Source: a virus
Lineage: Duplodnaviria > Caudoviricetes
DNA: 24,843 nucleotides
Direction: 5' to 3' (one strand)
IMG/VR virus record: IMGVR_UViG_3300020235_000033
Coordinates: 1 to 24,843 of that record
Numbering within the stretch: the stretch's first letter is position 1; each line of letters starts with the position of its first letter. The notes below the pieces were generated by a model. It made no database searches and had not been told where the DNA came from. It saw nothing but the letters and a program-made list of their open reading frames with translations. Position numbers and translations under genes: made by a program. Below, one piece after another: positions 1-8,411 of the stretch.

Positions 1-168
1 CTTCAGGACAGGAGTGACGCAGCTCATGATGTTATTCAAACGGCACGTCGGGCAGCAGAGGCTGAAGAAGCTGTGGACGACGAAGTACCAGCCGATCCCG
101 AGCCAACTCCCGAGCCAACTCCCGAGCCGGAGCCAACTCCTGAGCCAGACCCGGAGAATCCGCAATGA
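1..168 (+). CDS. 3' end of a hypothetical protein with an acidic Pro-rich (PEPT) C-terminal tail, partial
   Basis: Frame +1 reads LQDRSDAAHDVIQTARRAAEAEEAVDDEVPADPEPTPEPTPEPEPTPEPDPENPQ*. Its TGA (166-168) overlaps the next ATG (ATGA coupling). Absent from the ORF track because its start lies outside the window. Confidence 0.75.
   Translation, partial: LQDRSDAAHDVIQTARRAAEAEEAVDDEVPADPEPTPEPTPEPEPTPEPDPENPQ
97..156 (+). repeat. 12-bp tandem repeat CCCGAGCCAACT encoding a PEPT/PE linker
   Basis: Exact copies at 97-108 and 109-120, followed by degenerate copies; in frame with the partial ORF. Confidence 0.85.
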
Positions 169-365
169 AAATGATACCTATAGTCATTGCGGCTGTTCTG
201 CTTGTCTCCTGCGCGCCGCCAGCAGACAAGGACTTCTTTGAGTGCGGCGCAAGCAACACGCTGGTGGTGTGTCCGGTCGGGGAGACTCCCGATGCTGGCA
301 CCCACGGTGACTGTCGTGCGGTTGGCAGTGGGACGACAACGCTAACCGACGGTACATGTAGTTAG
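165..365 (+). CDS. Small lipoprotein (66 aa), possibly a spanin or exclusion protein
   Basis: MK, then hydrophobic IPIVIAAVLL, then lipobox-like LVS-C; four further Cys; ATGA overlap with the upstream ORF. Confidence 0.7.
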   Translation: MKMIPIVIAAVLLVSCAPPADKDFFECGASNTLVVCPVGETPDAGTHGDCRAVGSGTTTLTDGTCS

Positions 366-374
366 GAGTAATTC

Positions 375-1019
375 ATGGCTGTCTCGATGACATTCAACTC
401 GCTCTTGAAAGATCTCCGTGCGTATTTGGAGCGAGGCACGAGCGTGGATCAAACCGTATTCGACCAGCTGCCCAGCCTGATCAATCTGGCTGAGCGTGAG
501 CTGGCAAACCGGTTGAAGATCCTTGGGTTCGTGGCTGTGGTCACGGATACGCTGGGCATCGGACAGTCCGTGATACCGAAACCAAATCGCTGGCGCGACA
601 CGATCTCGATCAGCATCGGAGTCGGTTCAACTCAGGTGCGTACCCCTTTGTTCGCACGGTCGTACGAGTATGCACGACGCTATTGGCCTGATGAAGATCT
701 GACGGACCAACCAAAGTTTTACGCGGACTATGACTACTTCAATTGGTTGTTCGCTCCGTCTGCGGATTTCGCATATCCGTTCGAGGTCAACTATTGGGAG
801 TTGCCTGCACTTCTGGATGCCACCAATCAAACGAACTGGACGACGGACTTTGCCCCGAACTCCCTGCTTCATGGTGCGCTCCTGCAGGCAACTCCATTTT
901 TAAAGAACGACGAACGCATTGCGGTATGGCAAAACATTTACGAGAAAGATATTGCGATCCTTGAGGGGCAGGACATCAAACGCATTATCGATAGAAACGT
1001 TACGAGGGAGAGTGTCTGA
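375..1019 (+). CDS. Putative head-tail adaptor / tail tubular protein A-like
   Basis: 214 aa with AGGAG RBS. Pattern (INLAERELA...PKFYA...FAPSAD...NSLLHGALLQA) resembles phage adaptor proteins; precedes the fibre and nozzle genes. Confidence 0.65.
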   Translation: MAVSMTFNSLLKDLRAYLERGTSVDQTVFDQLPSLINLAERELANRLKILGFVAVVTDTLGIGQSVIPKPNRWRDTISISIGVGSTQVRTPLFARSYEYARRYWPDEDLTDQPKFYADYDYFNWLFAPSADFAYPFEVNYWELPALLDATNQTNWTTDFAPNSLLHGALLQATPFLKNDERIAVWQNIYEKDIAILEGQDIKRIIDRNVTRESV

Positions 1020-3322
1020 TGAGTTACACCGACGTCTTTGGCGGAGACCTGATCTTCCCGTCGCAGTTAAGTTACCTGTCGATCACCACGGCAGTGGATG
1101 TCCAGTTGCAGTGGCCGACTGAGCAACAGATTACTGGCGGCAATGTCGTTGCAGATTTCATGGATGTGGATGCTTCGGCTCCGTCGCTCAACATTGACAT
1201 GCCATCAGCGTTGGTGACAGGCGAAGGTAACAAAGGAACGTTCAACAACGTTGGCTCGAACACATTCACTGTGCGCGATAGCACGGGAGGCACGATTCAG
1301 TCGGTTGCTCCTGGAGAAATATGGATCATCGTTCTTCGAGACAACACGACTGCTGCAGGTCTGTGGCGTACCTTCCAACTGGGTGCGAGCGTTGCTGTTG
1401 CATCAGCCTCTGCACTGGCAGGCGCAGGTATCAAAGCAATTGGTATCCTGCTTAATCAGAAGGTCGATTCCGATGTCGAAGCAGCGACACCGTTCACAGT
1501 GGTTGATGGTGACCGGGCGAAGTGTCTGATTTACACAGCGGGTGCAGGTACATGCAACTTGCCGTCGCCGGGAGCGGTCGGCAATGACTGGTTCTTCATG
1601 TTGCGCAACTCAGGCAGTGGCACGCTCAACATTGTGCCCCCGTCTGGCAACATCGATGGGTCATCGAGCATCAATCTCGATCCGAATGATTCGTGTTTCA
1701 TCTTTACCGACAACACGAACTTCTTCACCATTGGACTCAGCTCCGGTTCGACCATTGCATTCGACTTCGTGTCGATTCCGGTACCGGGCTCCGGTGACTT
1801 TGTGCTTAGCGGTGCAAACCTTGACCGGATTGCGTATCGCTTCACGGGCGCACTGACGGGTAACCGACGCATCGTTATACCGAACACGACGCAGCAGTAC
1901 TGGGTGGACAACCAGACGAGTGGTGCCTTCAGTCTGGAGATCGATACAGCTGCAGGTGCGGGGCAAGTGATCCCGCAAGGGCAGAGTCTGATCGTTTACT
2001 GCGATGCCGTTGACGTGATCAACGCGACGTCATCCACCAGTGTGGCGTTCCCGATCACCATTGGTCAGGGTGGTACCAATGCGACGACGGCAGCGGGTGC
2101 ACGTGCCAATTTAGGTGTACCGGCTGAGACCATCGACTTGATTGCTGGAGACGGCATGGTTGGAGGTGGTGATCTCTCTGGTCCTGATCGAACTTTCGAC
2201 TTTAATTTGGCAAGTATCGGGGTAGCAGTCCCTGATGTTGCTGCTGACTTCTTCGTCTTCCAAGACGTGGACAATGCTGACGTCAATGCAAAGGCTCTCC
2301 TAAGTACCATCGCTGGTCTTACCATTGAAGATGAAGGCGCACCGTTAGCAACGCTTGCACAGGTCCTCGACTTCGTTGGTGGATTCGTTACGGCTTCGGG
2401 TGGGGGTGCATCGAAGACAATTACCATCGGGGCACCGCTGATCTTACTTGACAGTGAGGAGATTCAGTGGGGCACTGGCAACGACATCCAGATGTTCTTC
2501 GATGGCTCAGTGACGTTGGAGATAGCCAGTTCATTAGCTGCAGGACATGCACTTTTCGTCAACTGTTCTACCAATGGCATCACAGACATAATCGTCAGCA
2601 ACAGCGTGGGAGGCGTAGGAATGCGCGTCATCACTGGTGGTGATGGTCAGATCTGTACCTACTCACCTGCAGGTTCCTTCCAGCAGGTTCTGATTGACCT
2701 GGTGGACAGTGACAACTCTGTTCTCCTGCGCTTTCAGGGATCCAATGCACTACGAACTCGAAGCGTCAGTGGAGCTTACCCTCACAATCAGGGTGGAGGC
2801 GCAACCATCAACAACAACGCCACTGGCAACGGTGACGCAAGAATACTTTCATGGTACGACCAGCACTTTGCCGCAGCAGAGAATAACTTAGCGCGCAACC
2901 TAACGAATACCATTACTGACGACGATGACCTCGTTAGCAATGACGCCGGAGCACCAACGCTGCGACAAGGTCGATACAAATTCGACATGTTTATGATCGT
3001 TCAAGGTAACGACGCGACGACAGATTTTCAGTTCAACTTCGGCGGCACCAACCTGTCACTACTCGGTTATTCCTGGGAAGCTATCACGGCTGATGGGGCT
3101 CCCGTCTCTTCCGGAGCAAGTGGTGCGGTCGCAACGGTGCAGACGGTTGACTTAGGAGCTACGCTCAACGAGGAAGTCTTCCTGCGCATACGAGGTCACT
3201 TCTTCATCAATTCTAACGGAGGCATCATCAACTTCCGTTGGGCACCTACTGCCAGCGTGATCGACGATGTGACGCGACAGCAAAACGCTTACCTGTGTAT
3301 CGCAGCGGCAAGGATTGGTTAA
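1019..3322 (+). CDS. Putative tail fibre / receptor-binding structural protein
   Basis: 767 aa, beta-rich and G/S/T/N-rich; contains the fibre connector motif IGQGGTNATTAAGARANLG; TGATG overlap with the adaptor gene. Confidence 0.65.
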   Translation: MSYTDVFGGDLIFPSQLSYLSITTAVDVQLQWPTEQQITGGNVVADFMDVDASAPSLNIDMPSALVTGEGNKGTFNNVGSNTFTVRDSTGGTIQSVAPGEIWIIVLRDNTTAAGLWRTFQLGASVAVASASALAGAGIKAIGILLNQKVDSDVEAATPFTVVDGDRAKCLIYTAGAGTCNLPSPGAVGNDWFFMLRNSGSGTLNIVPPSGNIDGSSSINLDPNDSCFIFTDNTNFFTIGLSSGSTIAFDFVSIPVPGSGDFVLSGANLDRIAYRFTGALTGNRRIVIPNTTQQYWVDNQTSGAFSLEIDTAAGAGQVIPQGQSLIVYCDAVDVINATSSTSVAFPITIGQGGTNATTAAGARANLGVPAETIDLIAGDGMVGGGDLSGPDRTFDFNLASIGVAVPDVAADFFVFQDVDNADVNAKALLSTIAGLTIEDEGAPLATLAQVLDFVGGFVTASGGGASKTITIGAPLILLDSEEIQWGTGNDIQMFFDGSVTLEIASSLAAGHALFVNCSTNGITDIIVSNSVGGVGMRVITGGDGQICTYSPAGSFQQVLIDLVDSDNSVLLRFQGSNALRTRSVSGAYPHNQGGGATINNNATGNGDARILSWYDQHFAAAENNLARNLTNTITDDDDLVSNDAGAPTLRQGRYKFDMFMIVQGNDATTDFQFNFGGTNLSLLGYSWEAITADGAPVSSGASGAVATVQTVDLGATLNEEVFLRIRGHFFINSNGGIINFRWAPTASVIDDVTRQQNAYLCIAAARIG

Positions 3323-4881
3323 TGGCTGCACAACCTGCACGCTTAGCCTCAGCTCCCGGAATCAAACGGGACGGTACTCGCTTTGACAGCGAGCACTACG
3401 TCGATGGGCTGTGGTGCAGGTTCCAACGTGGCATGCCGAAAAAGATTGGCGGCTATCAGCAGGTCACCGACACGGTGCCGGAAGTTACGCGCGGCATGGC
3501 TACCTTCTCGCAAGACGACGTTCAGTTCTTGCACCTGGGGCATCCGAACACTCTTGGTCAGTACCAGGTCTCGAACGGCTCGTTGTTCCTCTTCAGTGAT
3601 CGCACGCCTGCTGCTTTCGTTACTGACCTTAACAATCTGTGGCAGTTCGAGGTTTATGCCGACACGCAGGGCACGGGCAATCATGTGCTAATTGCACACG
3701 CTGCACCGAACGCTGCGAACATCGACAACTCGATTGGCGGCACTATCTGGCTCGACACGATGACTGCAACCACAATACTCACAACAGTCGGCCTGAATTC
3801 AGGTGCAACTGGATGGAACACCGGCACAGGCGGCGAAGTGAGCGGTGGCATCGTCGTCAGCGGTCTGTACCTGTTTGCATTCGGTAGCGAAGGGATCATT
3901 CGATACTCTGCGATCAACAATCTCTCGGTTGCTCCTGTCGAGTTCAACATCGGCACGCAGAAGCTCGTCAAAGGCATGCCACTTCGAGGTGCCGGTGCTG
4001 GTCCTGCTGTCCTGATATGGGGACTCGACTCCCTCATCCGAGCAACGTTCAATGTGTCAGCTCCACCTGATTTTGTTTTCGACATCGTTGCCCGAGGCAT
4101 TACGATCCTGAGTTCGCAGGGCGTCGTGGAGTTCGACGGCATTTACTATTGGCCCGGTGTTGATCGCTGGTACCTGTTCAACGGTGTCGTGCGCGAGATG
4201 CCCAACAACATGAACCAGAACTTTTTCTTCGACAACATCAACTTCGCACAGCGGCAGAAATGTTTCGGCTTCAAGATCCCTCGCTACGGTGAGATCTGGT
4301 GGTGTTACCCACGTGGCACTGCAACTGAGTGCACCCACGCTGTGGTTTTCAATGTGCGCGAAGGTTACTGGTTCGACACACCGTTGCCTGACTTTGACGA
4401 TGTCGATCAAGGACGCACGGCAGGAGTTTTTGCCAACGTGTTCCAGCGTCCCTTCATGGTGGACAACGAGATCACTGCAAACGGTCGCACGATCTGGCAG
4501 CACGAGACAGCGTTCGACAAGATCCGAACGTCCTCAATCAGCGCTGTTCGATCATTCTTTGAGACGCACGAGTTCTCGCTGCTCGACCAGAACGTGAGTG
4601 AGAAGTCCCTGCATGTTGCACGAGTCGAGCCCGACCTGGTGCAGTCGGGTGACATGACCTTACAGGTACGTGGACGTGCTAATGCCAAAGCTACTGTCGT
4701 TGACGGAGAGATAGGGACAATTTTTGCTACACCTTCCAGCGGCGACGAAGAGACGGTGAAGTTCAAAGAGGTCAAACGACTGATGAGCTTCAAGTTTGAG
4801 TCGAACGTTGCAGGTGGCAACTACGAACTGGGCAAGACTTACGCTCATATCGAGCCTGCTGACGGAAGGGTAGAATCATGA
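3322..4881 (+). CDS. Putative tail nozzle / stabilisation protein (P22 gp10-like, tubular protein B-like)
   Basis: Start better placed at ATG 3322 (TAATG overlap) than the track's TTG at 3238, giving 519 aa. N-terminal PGIKRDGT...YVDGLWCRF...PKKIGG and EIWWCYP are typical of beta-propeller nozzle proteins. Confidence 0.65.
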   Translation: MAAQPARLASAPGIKRDGTRFDSEHYVDGLWCRFQRGMPKKIGGYQQVTDTVPEVTRGMATFSQDDVQFLHLGHPNTLGQYQVSNGSLFLFSDRTPAAFVTDLNNLWQFEVYADTQGTGNHVLIAHAAPNAANIDNSIGGTIWLDTMTATTILTTVGLNSGATGWNTGTGGEVSGGIVVSGLYLFAFGSEGIIRYSAINNLSVAPVEFNIGTQKLVKGMPLRGAGAGPAVLIWGLDSLIRATFNVSAPPDFVFDIVARGITILSSQGVVEFDGIYYWPGVDRWYLFNGVVREMPNNMNQNFFFDNINFAQRQKCFGFKIPRYGEIWWCYPRGTATECTHAVVFNVREGYWFDTPLPDFDDVDQGRTAGVFANVFQRPFMVDNEITANGRTIWQHETAFDKIRTSSISAVRSFFETHEFSLLDQNVSEKSLHVARVEPDLVQSGDMTLQVRGRANAKATVVDGEIGTIFATPSSGDEETVKFKEVKRLMSFKFESNVAGGNYELGKTYAHIEPADGRVES

Positions 4882-5150
4882 CCATCATCGATCCACGTGG
4901 CTTCGGTGACGACGAGGTGATCCAGTGGGCTGATTTCATGACGGGCGCACTGGGCTTCTTCTCAGATAATGTGAGTGGGTGCGATCCTAATTTCCCACGT
5001 TTGGATGACGCGTCGGAGTGGCAGGCGTGGGCATCAGGTGTATTCGGAGGCGTAGATTCGCTTGGGCAGGACGTACCTGACCCTTACGCATTTGATGATT
5101 GGAAAAAGTGGGCGGAGAGAATGTTCGCTACAGCAGATTTTACGGGATAG
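4878..5150 (+). CDS. Hypothetical acidic, Trp-rich protein of the tail module (90 aa)
   Basis: ATGA overlap with the nozzle gene; repeated W-x-x-W-A helices. Confidence 0.7.
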   Translation: MTIIDPRGFGDDEVIQWADFMTGALGFFSDNVSGCDPNFPRLDDASEWQAWASGVFGGVDSLGQDVPDPYAFDDWKKWAERMFATADFTG

Positions 5151-5154
5151 GACT

Positions 5155-7119
5155 ATGGCAGCAAAACCTAATCGAAGAGAACTACAGATCACTGAGACCA
5201 TGGATGTGCAAGGTCCCGAGGGCGGCTTATCTGCAATGATTAGTCAGGCTGGTGGCGACAAAAGCATGATTAAGGACGTGCAGAAAGTCGAAGCCATGCC
5301 CGGTGGCATGGAGTTGCTGTACACCATGGCTGCTGAAGAGCTGATGAAAAAAGCTGGTGCCTCCAAATCGGACGCTAAGAAGATCCGTCTCTACAAATAC
5401 GGTGGTGCGGTCGAACGAGCTTATGCGAAGGGAGGTCCAGCCCGAGCAGCGGCAGAGAAGACACGAGCTGCAGGACGTGGCGACGATTCCATGATGCTGC
5501 ACGTCAGCCCTGAAGAGTACGAAGTCATCGAGTCTATGTGGGGACCGGCTGAGATTAACCCCGAGACGGGCATCGGCGAGTACGGTTTCCTCAGTAAGAT
5601 CTGGAAGAAGATTAAGAAAACGGTGAAGAAGATCGTTTCCTCCAAAATTTTCCAGATCGTTGCTCCAATTGCACTGAGCATTTTTGTTCCCGGACTGGGC
5701 GCAGCTATCGGTGGCATGTTTACAGGGAGTAGTGCTGCGGCGAGCGTCATCGGTAATGCCCTCGTGCAGGGCGGACTCAGCGCAGCTGGTGGTGGTGACT
5801 TCATGAAGGGCGCACTTTCCGGTGCGATCACAGGTGGTCTCGGCTCGATGGCTGGCGCACAGGTCAGCAAGATTGCTCCGGGTATGTCTGCACGTACTGC
5901 AGAGATCGTTGGCTCCAGTCTGGCAGGTGGTGCAGCGTCGTCATTAACAGGCGGCGAGTTCATGGAAGGTGCCATCATGGGCGGGCTGGGCGAGTACATG
6001 CAACCAACGATAGAAGGTCTCGTTGGCAAGGGACAAGAGATGTTAGGCCTCCAAGACCCCGCAGCGGGCGGCATCATGGCCGAAGGTATTCCGGATCCAG
6101 TTGCAGTCACAGGTGCACTGGAAGGACCCCCCGGTTTCGGTGATGTGGGTGGTCCTTCCGGTCCACCAGCTCCGATCCCAGGTTACGGTGAGCCCGGTGG
6201 TCCCTCCGGTCCTCCGGGACCTGCAGTAGCTCCACCGACACCTGCCGCTGGAGGAGTAGCACCTGCACCAGCCGGAGCCCTTGGTCAGTTCGGCGACATG
6301 GTGATGCCTGCCTTGATGGGGGCTGGAATCCTTGGTGGTGCTAGTGCGTACGAAGAGGCTGTGCCTCCTGAGATGCCTGAGTGGATGATGGAAAGCTTGC
6401 CGGTTTACAGCATGAACCGACAGTTCCGGGGCATGGATCCCAACGCGTACTACACGTACGGGCAAACCGGTGCACCTCAAAGCGGACAACATTTGTTCAT
6501 GCAACCTGAGCCGTTCGCCGGAGAAACAGGCACACCTACGGTGGGACCGGCTGGTGGTTTGGGCGGAGCCGGTGGTGTAGCAGGCATGATAGCTGCTGGT
6601 CAACCAATCCCAGCTCAGCTGGCGCAGAGTGTTCAAGGTCAGTTGCAAGCTGCAGGTTATAGCCCCGATCCCAACACGGGCAACTGGCTTCCACCGCAGC
6701 CGCAACAGCTAGGTCAGGGCATGCCGGGGAATGCCATGGGCGGCTACCAACGTGGAGGCGAGTTCGATTACTGGGCTCAGAACGCCGACGTACCGCTCGC
6801 TGCACCGACTGTGAGCGCCGCAGGGCGTTATGTTAAAGGACCGGGCACAGGTAGGTCCGACGATATTCCCGCGCGACTGAGCGACGGTGAGTACGTCATG
6901 GACGCAGAAACGGTGTCACTCTTGGGTGACGGATCCGGTGACGCGGGAGCGAAGCGGTTGGATGAGATGCGTCGGAACCTGCGCAAGCACAAAGCAAAGA
7001 ATTTGAGCAAGGGTGGCTTCAGCCACAAGGCGAAGGCACCGCACCAGTACATGGCGCAAGGTGGCATGGCAAGACTTCGTAGAGCGATGACCGAATCGGG
7101 GAGAGTTGTAAATGGCTGA
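5155..7119 (+). CDS. Putative internal virion / DNA-ejection protein with a tape-measure-like C-terminal motif
   Basis: Start likely ATG 5155 (AGGA upstream, 4 nt after the previous stop). Gly/Ala-rich hydrophobic segments; GPGTGRSDDIPARLSDGEYV resembles the motif found in tape-measure and ejection proteins. Confidence 0.65.
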   Translation: MAAKPNRRELQITETMDVQGPEGGLSAMISQAGGDKSMIKDVQKVEAMPGGMELLYTMAAEELMKKAGASKSDAKKIRLYKYGGAVERAYAKGGPARAAAEKTRAAGRGDDSMMLHVSPEEYEVIESMWGPAEINPETGIGEYGFLSKIWKKIKKTVKKIVSSKIFQIVAPIALSIFVPGLGAAIGGMFTGSSAAASVIGNALVQGGLSAAGGGDFMKGALSGAITGGLGSMAGAQVSKIAPGMSARTAEIVGSSLAGGAASSLTGGEFMEGAIMGGLGEYMQPTIEGLVGKGQEMLGLQDPAAGGIMAEGIPDPVAVTGALEGPPGFGDVGGPSGPPAPIPGYGEPGGPSGPPGPAVAPPTPAAGGVAPAPAGALGQFGDMVMPALMGAGILGGASAYEEAVPPEMPEWMMESLPVYSMNRQFRGMDPNAYYTYGQTGAPQSGQHLFMQPEPFAGETGTPTVGPAGGLGGAGGVAGMIAAGQPIPAQLAQSVQGQLQAAGYSPDPNTGNWLPPQPQQLGQGMPGNAMGGYQRGGEFDYWAQNADVPLAAPTVSAAGRYVKGPGTGRSDDIPARLSDGEYVMDAETVSLLGDGSGDAGAKRLDEMRRNLRKHKAKNLSKGGFSHKAKAPHQYMAQGGMARLRRAMTESGRVVNG

Positions 7120-8236
7120 CATTACTGATTTCTTATTTGAGGGAAAACCTCCACAATCGGTCACAACCTACGGGCAAACCGTGGAAAACATCCCGAAGTG
7201 GATGTCGGATTACACGCAGGGACTGATCGCACGAGCGAACGCAGCAGCAGCTGAGCCCTACATCCCGTATGGCGGACCCAGGATCGCTGGTTTCTCTGAG
7301 GACGAGCAGACTGCGTTCGGTTTGACGGAAGCAAACATCGGTGCCTATCAGCCGTACCTCGAAGCGGGAGCTGCGGGTTATGGCGGAGGCCTGCAACGCG
7401 CCGCCAACATCAGACGTTCAGCGGATCCCTTCCTCGAAGCGGGCTCGCGAATGTGGACTGATGAAGGTGTCGCCGAGTCGTACATGAATCCGTATATCGG
7501 TGGCGTGCTCGACCGACAAGAGCAGCTCGCTACGCGCACACTGGAAGAGAGTTTCCTGCCGTCACTGCAGCGCACCTTCGGAGGTGCCGGTCAGTACGGA
7601 TCTCGTGGCGGCACCGGCTCGATGGAAGACATCGGTGTCCAAGGTATGCGAGACATCCAAGAGGGACTCGAAGCACAGCGACTCGAAGCACTGTCCGGAG
7701 CGTACGGTCAGGGCGCAGACATCTTCGGTGCCGACATGTCGCGACAAGGCGAGTTGGCTCGCATTACTGGTGCTCTCGAAGAAGCAGGCGCGCAGCAGAT
7801 GTTCGCCGGAGCCGAAGGTCTTGGCCGAATGGGCGAAGCTGCTCAGAGAATGGGTATTACTGATGCTGCCTCGATGGCAGAGATCGGACAACAGCAGCGC
7901 GGAATGGATCAGGCGAGTCTCGATCTTGCGTACCAGGATTTCATCGAGCAGCGCGATCTGCCGTTCCAACGTGTTGGCTTCATGAGCGACGTCATCCGAG
8001 GACTTCCGTCGCAAGGCGGAGTTACGACACGCACCGATGTAGGACCGGCAAGTATTTATCAGCCGTCAGGTCTGTCGCAACTCGCAGGTGCCTACGGTGT
8101 GTATCGCGGTCTGCAATCGGGAGGAGCCGAAGGCGGCTACCTTATCGACGGAGACTTCGAAGACATGACTGACTACGCGGAGGGTGGGTATGCGTACCCA
8201 AAAGGCGCGCTATCGAGGGCGAGTATGATGAGGTAG
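7112..8236 (+). CDS. Putative DNA-ejection (pilot) protein, 374 aa zero-frame product
   Basis: Helical Q/A/G-rich protein with YMNPY and IGQQQRGMDQASLDLAYQDF...P motifs typical of podovirus pilot proteins; GGGAGAG RBS; overlaps the previous gene. Confidence 0.7.
   Translation: MADITDFLFEGKPPQSVTTYGQTVENIPKWMSDYTQGLIARANAAAAEPYIPYGGPRIAGFSEDEQTAFGLTEANIGAYQPYLEAGAAGYGGGLQRAANIRRSADPFLEAGSRMWTDEGVAESYMNPYIGGVLDRQEQLATRTLEESFLPSLQRTFGGAGQYGSRGGTGSMEDIGVQGMRDIQEGLEAQRLEALSGAYGQGADIFGADMSRQGELARITGALEEAGAQQMFAGAEGLGRMGEAAQRMGITDAASMAEIGQQQRGMDQASLDLAYQDFIEQRDLPFQRVGFMSDVIRGLPSQGGVTTRTDVGPASIYQPSGLSQLAGAYGVYRGLQSGGAEGGYLIDGDFEDMTDYAEGGYAYPKGALSRASMMR
8197..8203 (+). promoter_or_regulatory. Candidate -1 ribosomal frameshift slippery heptamer C_CCA_AAA
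   Basis: X_XXY_YYZ correctly phased in the 7112 ORF (TAC CCA AAA); SD-like GGAGG at 8179-8183, 13 nt upstream; the -1 frame is open to 8409. Confidence 0.65.
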
Positions 8237-8409
8237 GTGAGTACGGCATCGGTGGACTGGCACGTGCTGCAACTTCAGGTATCTGGAACTTCGGACGACG
8301 TGCAGTAGGAGCACTCAGTCAGTGGGCGAAGCAGTTGTACCCTGATTTTGGAAGAGGTGTTGGCGCAGCAGGCGGACATCACCTGGAACTGCAGCATAAA
8401 CAGGATTGA
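8203..8409 (+). CDS. -1 frame extension (68 aa) of the 7112 protein, predicted 432-aa trans-frame product
   Basis: RRAIEGEYDEVGEYGIGGLARAATSGIWNFGRRAVGALSQWAKQLYPDFGRGVGAAGGHHLELQHKQD*. No ATG or GTG in frame; fills the gap to the next gene; echoes the zero-frame IDGDFEDMTDYAEGG. Confidence 0.65.
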   Translation, partial: RRAIEGEYDEVGEYGIGGLARAATSGIWNFGRRAVGALSQWAKQLYPDFGRGVGAAGGHHLELQHKQD

Positions 8410-8411
8410 TC

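Noticed and set aside
97-156. Tandem repeat as a CRISPR array or iteron
   Set aside because: No spacers; multiple-of-3 period with synonymous variation shows it is a coding Pro-rich linker.
7141-7147. In-frame slippery heptamer G_GGA_AAA near the start of the 7112 ORF
   Set aside because: The -1 frame stops after about 35 codons, shows no protein-like features and fills no gap.
8237-8308. GTG-initiated ORF or readthrough directly after the TAG at 8236
   Set aside because: Only 23 codons before another TAG; the -1 frame explains the region far better.
8395-8411. A second -1 frameshift fusing the extension to the 8412 ORF
   Set aside because: No slippery heptamer; the target frame has TAA at 8397-8399; the 8412 gene has its own AGGA and ATG.
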